A stretch of DNA of 64,000 nt from Steroidobacteraceae bacterium (GTDB lineage Bacteria; Pseudomonadota; Gammaproteobacteria; Steroidobacterales; Steroidobacteraceae), in contig DASTSB010000290.1 of the NCBI GenBank assembly GCA_035760885.1, positions 2,423 through 66,422 on the forward strand, written 5' to 3'. Below the pieces are notes generated by a model. The model had not been told where the DNA came from, made no database searches, and saw only the letters and a program-made list of their open reading frames with translations. Position numbers and translations under genes: made by a program. Each line of letters starts with the position of its first letter. Position 1 is the first letter of the stretch. Shown in pieces: positions 37,533 through 48,030 of the stretch.

Positions 37533-38930
37533 ATGCTTGCCACTCGCCGCTCCAAGAAATCGAGCCCGCCTCCTGCAGATGCGATGATTGCGTCGCATCC
37601 GCTCGCTGACCTATTTGCACTTCGGCTGAGCGCGATTTGGTCGGCATTGAAGAGCGAGCACATTTCCTTCTGGGCGATCTGCGGGTACCTCATTGTCGAG
37701 TATGTGCGCCCCCAAAGCATTCTGCCTTCGCTCAACGTGCTGCCTTGGGCGCAAACATTCATTCTTCTCAGCACCCTTTCGTGGATCGCCGATAAGAACC
37801 GACGTTGGGTCAAAGACCCTGCTAATACATGGATGTCAATATTTCTGCTGGTCTTGATTCTCGCTGGCCTCACCGCGTACTGGCCGGAAATATCGAGGAA
37901 GTACTTCATGAACTTCTTCGGCTGGTTCGTCATTTACTTTTTGATCATCAACATCGTCAACAACGAGAAGCGATTCTTCATTTTTCTTCTTATCTTTCTG
38001 ATTGCCAGTTTCAAATTGGCGCAGTTCGGCGCTCGAACTTGGGCCATGCGCGGCTTTTCGTTCACCAAATGGGGGCTGATGGGACCTGAGGGCTTTTTTC
38101 AGAACTCCGGCGAACTTGCGATCCAGATGCTGGTGTACACCGCAATCAGCTATCAGTTCGCCCTCGCCTTCCGACCATGGCTGTCGCCGTTGAAGTACTA
38201 CCTCGTGCAAGTGGGGACTTTGTTTGGTGCCATGACGATATTGGGCTCGAGTACGCGAGGCGGTCAGCTCGGGCTAGCTATCGAGTCCTACTTCACGTTT
38301 CTAAAGGGCAAGCTAACCCTCAAGACGGTACTGGTAGTGGCTCTGATTTCGTGCGCAGGATGGCTGGCGCTACCCGCAGAACAGAAGGACCGGATCTCGC
38401 ACGCCGGTGAAGACGACACATCCAGGCAGCGACTGCTTTATTGGAAGAGGGGAATCGAAATGATCGAGCAGCATCCTGTGCTCGGCATCGGATACTTCAA
38501 TTTCCCGCAATATTTCGAAGTGCACTACCCTCAAGATAAGTTGTACAAGTTCGCCGAGTTGCCTCACAACATTTTTATCCAGGTGGGTACCGATGCAGGA
38601 TTGCTGGGAATTTTCGTGTATCTAATGCTGATATACCGGACGTTTCGCACCACCAAGGACATACGAAAGATCGTCGAGAAGTCCCCTGATTGCGTGGTGT
38701 ATGCGACTTTGTCGCGAGGGTTCGACACAGCCTTTGTTGGTTTTCTTGTTGCCGGTCAATTCGTGTCCGTTGTCTACTATCCTTTCATGTGGGTCCACCT
38801 CGCACTGGTGGTCTCGCTCAAGCATCTACTCCTGGCCAAACTGGATCCGCAAAGCACACAGCAGCGACCCGGCGCAGCTCACCGAATCAGGAGTCAAACT
38901 CAATCCAAGGCGGCCGCAACAACGCTTTGA
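37533..38930 (+). CDS. O-antigen ligase/polymerase (Wzy_C) family protein, exosortase-locus type
   Basis: EYVRPQ, NSGE, STRGG, SRQRL.YW..G..M...P.LGIG..NF, PHNIFIQ. Start may be 37584. Confidence 0.82.
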   Translation: MLATRRSKKSSPPPADAMIASHPLADLFALRLSAIWSALKSEHISFWAICGYLIVEYVRPQSILPSLNVLPWAQTFILLSTLSWIADKNRRWVKDPANTWMSIFLLVLILAGLTAYWPEISRKYFMNFFGWFVIYFLIINIVNNEKRFFIFLLIFLIASFKLAQFGARTWAMRGFSFTKWGLMGPEGFFQNSGELAIQMLVYTAISYQFALAFRPWLSPLKYYLVQVGTLFGAMTILGSSTRGGQLGLAIESYFTFLKGKLTLKTVLVVALISCAGWLALPAEQKDRISHAGEDDTSRQRLLYWKRGIEMIEQHPVLGIGYFNFPQYFEVHYPQDKLYKFAELPHNIFIQVGTDAGLLGIFVYLMLIYRTFRTTKDIRKIVEKSPDCVVYATLSRGFDTAFVGFLVAGQFVSVVYYPFMWVHLALVVSLKHLLLAKLDPQSTQQRPGAAHRIRSQTQSKAAATTL

Positions 38931-40912
38931 TCACGCTTCGACTCGAAGATCCAGGCCGCAAGCATGACGAGAGCCCATGCCTCGTAAGCAGACGGATTGC
39001 CTCGAGCCTGATAAAGATCCCAATGCTCTCGCACCGCTCCTTCCCGGAAGGGCAGATCCTCCAAGAAATTTGTTGCCTGCAACATCCCGCTGGCCCATTC
39101 CTTTAACGGACCCGTAAGCCAAGCGTCAACCGGTACACTAAAACCCATTTTCTGCCGTTCGAACATCGGCCTCGGAACGAATTTCTCCAAGAGTTGACGC
39201 ATCAGCCATTTGCTCCTGCCATCGCGGCGTTTGAGCTCAGGCGATACACGCCAGCTAAACTCGACGAGGCGATGGTCTAGCAGTGGCAGTCGGGTTTCCA
39301 AACTGACCGCCATGCTTGCGCGATCAACTTTGGCTAGGTTGTCTCCGGGTAAATAATCGAGTTGGTCGGCGAGCCACATCCGAGCCTCCATCGGCTGCAG
39401 CGCATCGCTCCAGGGGCGCTCCGGCAGCGTGATCTGTTCGTCGCAGAGCGAAACACTCGGCCAACACGCCACAGCGCGCGCATAGCAATCTCGCAGATCA
39501 ACGGCGGGAAGCAATCGCGCGAGCTTCATCGCAGCGGTCCCGGCGGCAATCTGCGAGCCCCTGGCGAGCAAGCTCTTAACTATTCGATTGGAATCGAGGG
39601 AACGAAAGTTCTTCTTGCGCAAGGAGCGCGCGATGATTCGGCGCAGCCCGAGCGGGACATGCCTCAGCCGTTCCCAAACCTTCGCGGTGCCGACATAACG
39701 ATTGTATCCGCTGAACAATTCATCGCCCGCATCTCCCGATAGCACTACCGTTACATGCTGGCGCGCAAACCTTGATATCAAATAGACGGGAAAAAACGAA
39801 CCGTTCGCCGTGGGTTCATCGAGCCATCGGATGGTCTCCGGCACACATCGCAGCACATCGACGTCCGATAACGTGAATTGTTCGTGCCGCGTGCCTAGAT
39901 GGCGCGATATCGCTGCTGCATGAACGGACTCATCGAATTCGGGTTTGTCAAAAGCGACGGTGAACGTATGAACCGGAGTGGAAGACTCGGCTTGCATGAC
40001 TGCGGTCACCAGCGAAGAATCGATTCCCCCCGATAAAAACGCGCCGAAGGGAACGTCGCATGCCATCTGCTTGCGTACGGAGTCCCGAAGAATGGATTCA
40101 AACTCGGCGGACGCCTGTACCGGGTTTACGATCATCTGTGGCTTCGCAGCGGACGCCACTTGCTCCAGGAACCAGTATCTTCGTGGCGCCACATATCCAG
40201 GCGATTCCTCAGCGTGCCACCCCCTATCGCTCGCGGCTAGGCGGGCATCTGAGAACGAACGAATAGTCATCGCAGAGCCCGGCGGCAGCTTCATGACTCC
40301 GGAGTACATCGACAACGCTTCCGGCACGTAGCCGCGCTGTAGATAGGCGCCCATGGCGACTGGACTGACGCGGGACGAGTAGCCCGGCACGTGGCGAAAC
40401 GCACGCAGTTCAGAGGCAAAGTACACGTGCGATCCGATTCGGCCGACATGCAGCGGCTTCTCTCCCATGCGATCACGCGCCAGGTGCAAACACTTCGTTT
40501 GGTTGTCCCAGACAGCGAATGCGAACATTCCGACGAGGCGCGTCAACGCCTTGTCGATGCCCCAGTTAGCAATTGCGGCAAGCAACACCTCAGTGTCGCT
40601 ATCGCTGTGGAAAGTGCATCCGGCTTTTTCCAACTCAGTGACGAGTTCGCGAAAATTGTAGATCTCGCCGTTGAATGTAATCTGGTAGCGGCCGCCCGCA
40701 TAACTCATGGGCTGCCTGCCCCTCTCCGATAGATCGACGATCGCAAGCCGTCGGTGAGCGAGCACTACCGATGCGTCATCGGAGAGCCATATTCCGGCAG
40801 CATCGGGCCCACGATGGGTCAACGAGAGAGCCATCCGTTGTACGGCGCCCTTCAGTTCGGATGGGGAGACTTGCGATTGCACAACAGCAATGGCACCAGC
40901 GATTCCACACAT
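38900..40912 (-). CDS. asnB: Asparagine synthase (glutamine-hydrolysing) family amidotransferase, second copy
   Basis: MCGIAG from ATG 40912, HRGPD, FNGEIYN, RDRMGEKPL, LSGGIDSS, SGDAGDELF, KVDRASM..SLETRLP. Confidence 0.95.
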   Translation of the reverse strand: MCGIAGAIAVVQSQVSPSELKGAVQRMALSLTHRGPDAAGIWLSDDASVVLAHRRLAIVDLSERGRQPMSYAGGRYQITFNGEIYNFRELVTELEKAGCTFHSDSDTEVLLAAIANWGIDKALTRLVGMFAFAVWDNQTKCLHLARDRMGEKPLHVGRIGSHVYFASELRAFRHVPGYSSRVSPVAMGAYLQRGYVPEALSMYSGVMKLPPGSAMTIRSFSDARLAASDRGWHAEESPGYVAPRRYWFLEQVASAAKPQMIVNPVQASAEFESILRDSVRKQMACDVPFGAFLSGGIDSSLVTAVMQAESSTPVHTFTVAFDKPEFDESVHAAAISRHLGTRHEQFTLSDVDVLRCVPETIRWLDEPTANGSFFPVYLISRFARQHVTVVLSGDAGDELFSGYNRYVGTAKVWERLRHVPLGLRRIIARSLRKKNFRSLDSNRIVKSLLARGSQIAAGTAAMKLARLLPAVDLRDCYARAVACWPSVSLCDEQITLPERPWSDALQPMEARMWLADQLDYLPGDNLAKVDRASMAVSLETRLPLLDHRLVEFSWRVSPELKRRDGRSKWLMRQLLEKFVPRPMFERQKMGFSVPVDAWLTGPLKEWASGMLQATNFLEDLPFREGAVREHWDLYQARGNPSAYEAWALVMLAAWIFESKRDQSVVAAALD

Positions 40913-40954
40913 CACAGAATCCTTATCGTATGTTCAAGCATGTGAACGCATGGC

Positions 40955-41911
40955 TTAGTGCCGCGCAGTGCTAGCATTCTTGCGACCTTGACGTCCGCTA
41001 CGCCGCGCGAAGGGAGAAAGCGCTCGCGCACAAAAATAAATGAAATAGATTGCGGTAGTCGCAATCCGTGTGTGCCAACCCGCGCGCGGATACCGTTTAA
41101 AGGAAGACGCCGCACAAATCATCACGGCAAGCAAAGTGCCGGCAAGTCCCCAGGTAACGCGACTCGAGATCGCGCTCGCAATCCAACCTCCTAGCAAGCC
41201 CCAGAACGCTACTACGCTGAGCACAGCGACTTTCGATGTGAAGAAGGCTCGCGCGCTTTGGAAGTCTCCGGCGCCGTGCCACATTTCTCTTCGCGCGAAC
41301 TCGCTCAGCCGTTTCGGGTAGCCCTCGTGGATGACCCGAAGTGCAACGTTATCGACTACTTCACCTCCGTGCGCCTTCACTCGCATCGAGATTTCATAGT
41401 CCTCACCGGATCTCAGCGACGGATGGAATCCGCCCAGCTCTAGGAAGAACGACCGCGACACAATCATGTGCCCGCTATTGATATGCGTGTTGCTGCCGTG
41501 CTCCAGAGGTTTGAACCAATGTTGCTCGAGCCATGTGCACCGATCAGGAACGCAGACCCAAGAACCTGTTAGTTGACGTGGCTTGGCACGCAAACTGTCG
41601 ATCACATGCGGCAGCTGCCGGGTCCACTCCTGCGTGGGAAAGACATCGGCATCGAGAAAGACAACAACGTCAGCCGTCGCACGCCTTGCGGCGGCATTGC
41701 GAATCGCACCCACAGTGCCACTCTCCAGCAAAACCAAATCAGCTCCGCAAGCTGTAGCAACTTCGCGCGTCGCATCGCTCGACCCGTTGTCGACCACGAT
41801 GATTTGCGCGCGCAGCGCACCCATGTGGGAGCGCAAATGCGGTACTAGCTTGCTGATGTTCTGCTCTTCATTGAAGGCAGGAATCACGATGCTTAGATCG
41901 TAGGACGCCAT
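40955..41911 (-). CDS. Glycosyltransferase family 2
   Basis: SIVIPAFNEE, VVDNGSSD, FLDAD, GED. Start at ATG 41911. Confidence 0.9.
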   Translation of the reverse strand: MASYDLSIVIPAFNEEQNISKLVPHLRSHMGALRAQIIVVDNGSSDATREVATACGADLVLLESGTVGAIRNAAARRATADVVVFLDADVFPTQEWTRQLPHVIDSLRAKPRQLTGSWVCVPDRCTWLEQHWFKPLEHGSNTHINSGHMIVSRSFFLELGGFHPSLRSGEDYEISMRVKAHGGEVVDNVALRVIHEGYPKRLSEFARREMWHGAGDFQSARAFFTSKVAVLSVVAFWGLLGGWIASAISSRVTWGLAGTLLAVMICAASSFKRYPRAGWHTRIATTAIYFIYFCARALSPFARRSGRQGRKNASTARH

Positions 41912-41915
41912 ACGA

Positions 41916-43037
41916 TCACTCGACCTCAAGGCACGCAAGATATTGGTCCAGATATGCGCGCGCACAGGCATCGGAGGAATACCGTTGCCGTACACGCGCT
42001 GATGCAGCGGCAGCGCGTTCCAAAAAGGGCTCCCGTGATTCTGCGTAGCGCGCCAACGCCGCGGCGAACTCAGCGGGTTCACGCGTGCGGATCAGCTCGC
42101 CGCATCCGCCATTTGCCAACACTTCGGGAATCTCCCCCACTGCGGATGCGACCACAGGAACTCCAAGTGCCATCGCTTCCAAGATGACCATAGGCAATCC
42201 TTCGGAGTCGGATGTAAGTAGCAGCATGTCAAGCGCTGCTATCGTTTCTGCAATATTCAGGACGAATCCTTCGAATGCTACGTTGCCGAGAAGATTCAAT
42301 TCCGCGGCCAATGCGCGCAGCGCGCTTTCCTCCGGTCCATCGCCAAAAATCTTGAACACGAAGATGCCTGGGGCCCTCTCGTTGAGAATGGCCGCCGCCC
42401 TCAGGAAGATATCGACACGTTTCACGGGTACCAACCGCCCGACGAATCCTACGCACACAGGTCTGCGCGGTTTTGGCTTGGAGTCCCGTAACGTTGGTAT
42501 TTCGATTCCGTTGGCAACGTATGCGACGACCCGTCGTGGAAAGCGCGAGGCCAGTTCGCGTCGCATCGATTCGGAAACAGCGACGGTGCGAGCTACCCGC
42601 AGGCGCACACAGGTACGATGCAATATCCGCGAAAGTCTGCGCGCGAGCGTCCGCGTCCTCATCTGAGCTTCATCGACTCCGTGGACGGTCCGAATCACCC
42701 GCGCGCCCTTGATGCCAATGCTCGCGACAGAGCCGAGCACATCTTCTTTGATTCGATGCGTGTGAATTATTTGAGGAGTAATTCGCAGCAGTTCGCTGCG
42801 ACACTTGCGAATCAGCTGCAGCCCATTGTACGAAGATTCAGAGATTACGCTCACCGCAACCCCAGCCTCGCGGGCGCGCCTGGTCAATTCGCCTTCATTC
42901 AAGGCAATCAAGCAAGGTTGAAGCGTTTCGATTCGTTGCTGCGCACGGAGCAAGTTGAACAACATGACCTCGGCGCCCGCCCAGAGATCACCGGAGGCAA
43001 TATGAACCACAGTCAGCTCTGCACTTGCAGCACTCAC
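41916..43037 (-). CDS. Glycosyltransferase family 4
   Basis: WAGAE, HTH, TVHG, VGRLVPVK, EGLPMVILEAMA. Confidence 0.92.
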   Translation of the reverse strand: MSAASAELTVVHIASGDLWAGAEVMLFNLLRAQQRIETLQPCLIALNEGELTRRAREAGVAVSVISESSYNGLQLIRKCRSELLRITPQIIHTHRIKEDVLGSVASIGIKGARVIRTVHGVDEAQMRTRTLARRLSRILHRTCVRLRVARTVAVSESMRRELASRFPRRVVAYVANGIEIPTLRDSKPKPRRPVCVGFVGRLVPVKRVDIFLRAAAILNERAPGIFVFKIFGDGPEESALRALAAELNLLGNVAFEGFVLNIAETIAALDMLLLTSDSEGLPMVILEAMALGVPVVASAVGEIPEVLANGGCGELIRTREPAEFAAALARYAESREPFLERAAAASARVRQRYSSDACARAYLDQYLACLEVE

Positions 43038-43038
43038 G

Positions 43039-43590
43039 TCAACCTTTGCGTTTATGCGTCAGCAAAGAAATTCTATCTAGAGCGCTGTCGATGAGATCGA
43101 ACACAAATTCGAAACACTCGTCGCCCATGCCGTAAGGATCCGGCATGTAGGGCGCCTGTGGGATGGACCAAAGGCCCATTAAGGTGACTTGCGCATTCGC
43201 CTCGACACCACCTGCGGTTATGGCTCGGACGTGACGCGGCTCCATTCCGATCAGCACATCACCCGACTGCACCGCGAAGTCGACAGCACGCGTCGAAACA
43301 TGGTTTGCCAAATCGACGCCCCGCACTTTCGCTATGCGTTGCGCAACATCATTCGCAACGGCTCCGCCTGCGGCGTCAATGCCGAAGGACGCGGCCGGCC
43401 AGCCTCGTAGCTTGGCTAACTCGGCCGCATACGGGCTGCGGCAGATGTTTCCAGAGCAAACGAATACGAGACGGCGCGCTATGGTCCAATCTATGCGTCG
43501 ATACGACCGGTACGCACCAAGCTGACCCGCCAGGGCACAGGTCACAAAACGAGCAGCGGTTCTTGAGCCGCCAAATCTTTTCGGATTCAT
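43039..43590 (-). CDS. Low-molecular-weight protein tyrosine phosphatase family (Wzb-like)
   Basis: FVCSGNICRSP P-loop and DPY. Start at ATG 43590 preferred. Confidence 0.85.
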   Translation of the reverse strand: MNPKRFGGSRTAARFVTCALAGQLGAYRSYRRIDWTIARRLVFVCSGNICRSPYAAELAKLRGWPAASFGIDAAGGAVANDVAQRIAKVRGVDLANHVSTRAVDFAVQSGDVLIGMEPRHVRAITAGGVEANAQVTLMGLWSIPQAPYMPDPYGMGDECFEFVFDLIDSALDRISLLTHKRKG

Positions 43591-43723
43591 CGCGCGATAT
43601 TTATCAACATAGCACAGACATTCGGAACGACAGGCGCATCCGCTCACAGATCTACACAGCGCGCGTCAGTTCGTGACAACACGTTTGTTACCATACGTAA
43701 CGTGCTGCGATAGCGTTTCTCTC

Positions 43724-44890
43724 ATGACCACAGTCCTAATACTCGACGCCCAACAGCGTAGTGCCCTTGCGGCGACACGAAGCCTGGGTCGGCGGGGAAT
43801 CAAGATCTACGTCGCAGACGCCGCGCCTACGACATTGGCGGGCTCATCGCGCTTTGCTTACCAGCAGCTGCGGTGTCCCGACCCAATGGATGCTCCGCTT
43901 CGATTCGTGGACTGGGTGAAAGAGGTCGCAGCAACGGCAAAGACCGACATTGTCATGCCCATGACAGACCAGTCATCGATGTTGCTGGCACCCGTCCAAC
44001 ATGACATATCAGGGAAAGTGGCCTGCGGCGAAGCGCAATCATACGAACTCATTTCAAACAAAGCCAAACTGATGGAGATCGGCGCCGCAGCCGGAATTGC
44101 TTTGCCGCGGACGCAACTCGCTCACTCGATAGATGAGCTGCGACAGATTTTGGCCAACGCCCGCTTTCCCGTTGTCCTCAAGCCTGCCCGGTCAAAGATA
44201 CTCGTCGGCGATCGCATCGTACCTACAGCGGTGCACATTGCCCAAACATCTGCGGAGGCCAACCTCTACGCACGGCAGCAAGTATGGTTGGGAATCGAAC
44301 CTTGCCTCGTGCAAGAGTTCATTCCGGGGCATGGTGCGGGTGTCTTCGCTTTCGCACACAACGGACAAACCCTGGCTTGGTTTGCACACAGACGCGTCCG
44401 TGAGAAACCTCCGCAAGGCGGTGTGAGCGTGTTGAGCGAAAGCACGCCAACCAATTCCAACTTGATTGCAGCGTCCGAGAAGTTGTTGGCTGCCGCCAAA
44501 TGGACGGGGCCTGCAATGATCGAATTCCGCATTGCTGACGATGGCACCCCCTACCTGATGGAGGTCAACGCGCGCCTCTGGGGCTCCCTGCAACTCGCGG
44601 TGGATTGTGGGGTGGATTTTCCCTGGCTGATGGTGGAGAGCCTGACCAACACCTCGATCGAAGGCGTAAGGTTCTACAGACAGGGTCGCCGTTTGCGCTG
44701 GCTGCTAGGTGATTTGGACAATCTGCTGATCCAGCTGCGACAAGGCCCGATTCGTGGTTCACGCGCACAGGCGATCAGCGAATTCTTATTCACGTTCCTA
44801 GATCCTCGAACACGGCAGGAAATATTTCGGTGGAATGACCCTGCACCCGCTTGGTTTGAATTGAAGTCCTGGCTGAGGTCGGCACTGTGA
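43724..44890 (+). CDS. ATP-grasp carboxylate-amine ligase family protein
   Basis: RSLGRRG, FPVVLKP, LVQEFIPG, GPAMIEF, LMEVNARLWGS. Confidence 0.88.
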   Translation: MTTVLILDAQQRSALAATRSLGRRGIKIYVADAAPTTLAGSSRFAYQQLRCPDPMDAPLRFVDWVKEVAATAKTDIVMPMTDQSSMLLAPVQHDISGKVACGEAQSYELISNKAKLMEIGAAAGIALPRTQLAHSIDELRQILANARFPVVLKPARSKILVGDRIVPTAVHIAQTSAEANLYARQQVWLGIEPCLVQEFIPGHGAGVFAFAHNGQTLAWFAHRRVREKPPQGGVSVLSESTPTNSNLIAASEKLLAAAKWTGPAMIEFRIADDGTPYLMEVNARLWGSLQLAVDCGVDFPWLMVESLTNTSIEGVRFYRQGRRLRWLLGDLDNLLIQLRQGPIRGSRAQAISEFLFTFLDPRTRQEIFRWNDPAPAWFELKSWLRSAL

Positions 44891-46005
44891 TCAACGTAAT
44901 GAACGTCATCGACACAGGCGGTCCGGGCGGTGCCGAAACAGTCTTTCTAAATACCTCTACCGGCCTAGACGCAAGATCGTTTCGAATGACCTGTGTGGTA
45001 AGTCGCGACGGATGGCTGGCAAATGCACTGCGGGCGAAAGGCTGCAAACCGTTGATCATTCCTTCGAGCGGGTCGCTCAATCTTCGGTACTTGCACCGTC
45101 TCATCCAGGTTGCACGGGATTGCAAAGCGGATGTGATCATGGGCCATCTTTATGGGTCCGCTATCTATTGCAGTCTTGCTGGCAGACTCTTGGGTATTCC
45201 GGTCATCAGCGTTCTACATGGACAGAGCGATGTTTCGAGCCAGGAGAGATTCAGCGCTGCAAAACGAGCGATCGTGCGGCTAGGCTCCACGCGCGCGGTG
45301 TTCGTATCGGAGCAACTCAAGTCAGCCCTCCAATCGGCGCTCAAACTGCGGCAAGAACAGTGCGCGATCATTCCGAATGGGGTTGAGGTCGAAAGCTTCA
45401 GGACCGCTGACAAGCGCGCACTGCGGGCTGAGCTGCGTCTTGCAGATGACGCAGTCCTAGTCGGCGCCGTAGGCAACATACGCAAGCCGAAATCCTATGA
45501 AGTCTTTCTGCGAGCCGCCAAGACGCTCGCGGATCGTTCGGAATCGTTTCGGTTCGTTATCGCCGGAGAGGGTTCCGGGCAGCTTTACGAGGACTTGATC
45601 AAACTTCGCGACTCGCTGGGGTTAGGCGATAAGGTCGTCTTCCTGGGACTGCGCAGCGACATACCCAATATCCTGCGAAGCTTGGACATCTATGTCCTCA
45701 GCTCCACGACAGAAGGCTTTTCCATTGCGTGCATAGAGGCAATGGCTGCGGGCACGCCCGTGGTAGCAACCCGCAGTGGCGGTCCCGAAGAAATTATCGA
45801 CGACGAGCATTCCGGCCTGCTGGTGCCTGTTAAAGATCCCGACGCTTTGGCGAATGCGGTTTACAAAATCGCGTCCAATGTTGAGCTATCGAAAAAACTT
45901 GTGTCAGGCGCGACGACTCGGGTCGAAAGCCGTTATACACTCGCAGCCATGCTCGACTCATACGCTCAATTACTGCGCAGCGTTAGCAAAAAGAACATGA
46001 ATTGA
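44887..46005 (+). CDS. Glycosyltransferase family 4
   Basis: GPGGAE, IPNG, GNIRKPK, EGFSIACIEAMA. Confidence 0.92.
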   Translation: MINVMNVIDTGGPGGAETVFLNTSTGLDARSFRMTCVVSRDGWLANALRAKGCKPLIIPSSGSLNLRYLHRLIQVARDCKADVIMGHLYGSAIYCSLAGRLLGIPVISVLHGQSDVSSQERFSAAKRAIVRLGSTRAVFVSEQLKSALQSALKLRQEQCAIIPNGVEVESFRTADKRALRAELRLADDAVLVGAVGNIRKPKSYEVFLRAAKTLADRSESFRFVIAGEGSGQLYEDLIKLRDSLGLGDKVVFLGLRSDIPNILRSLDIYVLSSTTEGFSIACIEAMAAGTPVVATRSGGPEEIIDDEHSGLLVPVKDPDALANAVYKIASNVELSKKLVSGATTRVESRYTLAAMLDSYAQLLRSVSKKNMN

Positions 46006-47039
46006 TGTCTGTTAAACCGTCGATACCGAATACGGCGGTTCGACTCCTTACGGGACCGCTTTCCAGAGCATTGTTTCGCCCCCTGATGCGGGATCGAGCA
46101 ACGATCTTCATGTTGCATCGGTTGGAGAATGCCGAGGCTGGTATACACGGCCACTCTATCGAATTCATTCTCACAGCGCTTAAGGCCCTTAAAGAGAGCG
46201 GGGCCAAATTTGTGTCGTTACGAACTCTCGTGGCGGCATGGCGATCAAGCGCCAAAATTGACCCAGATTGGGTTGCCTTTACCATCGACGACGGATTTGC
46301 GGACCAGGCCTACATGGTTAACGAAGCGTTCGTGCCCATGCAGTGCCCGGTGACGATATTCCTGATTAGTGATTTTCTCGACCGGCGCTGCTGGCCCTGG
46401 GATGACCAACTTGCTTTCGTATTTCGCACTACTAAGACTTCAGTTCCCGAAGTCCACGTTGGAGAACAGCGGTTCGATGTCCGGTTTTCTACGCTTCGCG
46501 ATCGCGCGGTTTCGCTGGACAGAGTGCGCGACTATTGCAAGATCCAACGCGCGCTCAACCCGTATGAAGTTGCTCAAAAGCTCGCAACACAACTGGGCGT
46601 CGAGTTACCGCAACAACCTCCAGAAGCCTATCGAGCTATCAGCTGGGATGCTGCCCGAGCACTGGAAAGGACCGGTCTGGTGGAGTTTGGGCCGCATTCG
46701 GTAACCCATCGAATTGTTGCGACGCTCAGCGAATCGGAGGTGCGAAATGAACTCTCCATGTCTTGGAAACGCCTCCGAGATGAGTTGAACGCACCCTTGG
46801 CTATCTTTGCATGGCCGACCGGTCGCTCCGGTGATTTCGAGGCCAAAGACATCGCCATCGCTCAAGAACTCGGGTTGCAGGCCAGTGTTTCCAGTCAAGC
46901 TGGTTATGCGTATCGGCGACCCGTCGAACCATGGCAGACACTTTACCAACTGCCGCGATTTAGTTTCCCGAACGAAGTGTCCACTGTGCTCCGTTATGCA
47001 TCTTGGCTCGAACGCGGGAGAGAGCTGATCCCGGTTTGA
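46005..47039 (+). CDS. Polysaccharide deacetylase (CE4/NodB-like)
   Basis: MLHR, TIDDG, HSVTH, FAWPTG. Confidence 0.85.
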   Translation: MSVKPSIPNTAVRLLTGPLSRALFRPLMRDRATIFMLHRLENAEAGIHGHSIEFILTALKALKESGAKFVSLRTLVAAWRSSAKIDPDWVAFTIDDGFADQAYMVNEAFVPMQCPVTIFLISDFLDRRCWPWDDQLAFVFRTTKTSVPEVHVGEQRFDVRFSTLRDRAVSLDRVRDYCKIQRALNPYEVAQKLATQLGVELPQQPPEAYRAISWDAARALERTGLVEFGPHSVTHRIVATLSESEVRNELSMSWKRLRDELNAPLAIFAWPTGRSGDFEAKDIAIAQELGLQASVSSQAGYAYRRPVEPWQTLYQLPRFSFPNEVSTVLRYASWLERGRELIPV

Positions 47040-47047
47040 ACCATGAG

Positions 47048-48028
47048 CTAGCCCACCCCGGCGAGCCTGGCCAGAAAACGAGGCGGCGTGTTAGATACAT
47101 CGTCATGAACACCGACGCGACTCATGGCATACCTATGTGAGAGTGGCGTGTTCCACCCTCGCCTTGTAGACACTGCTCCCAAATACTGCGAGCTGACCAG
47201 CCGAATGGCATCGGGCGACATGTCTCCATTTGGATAGCAGAAGGTCGCGACCTCGCTGCCTAACTGTTCGCGAATGATTACACCTGATTGCGCGACTTCA
47301 TCGTTCAATTGAGAGAAATCGCTAACGAGCGAAAGCCGTGTGTGCCGACGCGTGTGAGAACCGAATCTGATCACACCACTGGCCTGCATCTCACGAGCTT
47401 CTTCCCAAGAGATAAGATCCCGTTCGCCAAAATCGTCAGCGGCGTGTTCAACCGCGGATTTCATCTGCTCATCCGTGAAGCATTTGCATCTTCCGATCAG
47501 ATCCTCAATCTCCGTGCTCGACATCTTGCGGACATCCACGGGAAGCAAATCACGCAACCAACCCGGCAATGCACGCCAGTGCTCAGAGTTTGCTTTGGTA
47601 AGAATCGTTGCCAATGTGTTGGGCCAAAATGAATAGCGCGTGCCGACCAGATCGGAGACAAGATAAATCGTCGCGGGTGCCTGCGCTTGGCGCAGGATGG
47701 GGTACGCGTATTGGTAGTTGTCGCGCCAGCCATCGTCGAACGTGATCGCGCACGCATTCTTGGGAATGCTCCGTCCCGCTTCCACATCTCGCAACCAGTC
47801 ATCGAGATGCACGAAGGTGAAGTACTTTCTTAGCATCTCCATATGCATCGCCAATGTCTCAGGCGAAACGTACATGCCGGCTTGCTCTGTCGCACGTGCA
47901 GGATGCGAAGAGGGAAGCACGCGGTGATACATCAGAATCAGCAGCTCTGGGGTAGAGCGTATGCGCCACCGCATGGGGGCGACTTTTGCCGCTGCATTTT
48001 GCAGCACGCTTTTGATTAGACGCTTCAT
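47048..48028 (-). CDS. Polysaccharide deacetylase (CE4/NodB-like)
   Basis: LMYHRV, ITFDDGW, GSHTRRH, FCYPNG. Confidence 0.88.
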   Translation of the reverse strand: MKRLIKSVLQNAAAKVAPMRWRIRSTPELLILMYHRVLPSSHPARATEQAGMYVSPETLAMHMEMLRKYFTFVHLDDWLRDVEAGRSIPKNACAITFDDGWRDNYQYAYPILRQAQAPATIYLVSDLVGTRYSFWPNTLATILTKANSEHWRALPGWLRDLLPVDVRKMSSTEIEDLIGRCKCFTDEQMKSAVEHAADDFGERDLISWEEAREMQASGVIRFGSHTRRHTRLSLVSDFSQLNDEVAQSGVIIREQLGSEVATFCYPNGDMSPDAIRLVSSQYLGAVSTRRGWNTPLSHRYAMSRVGVHDDVSNTPPRFLARLAGVG

Positions 48029-48030
48029 CG

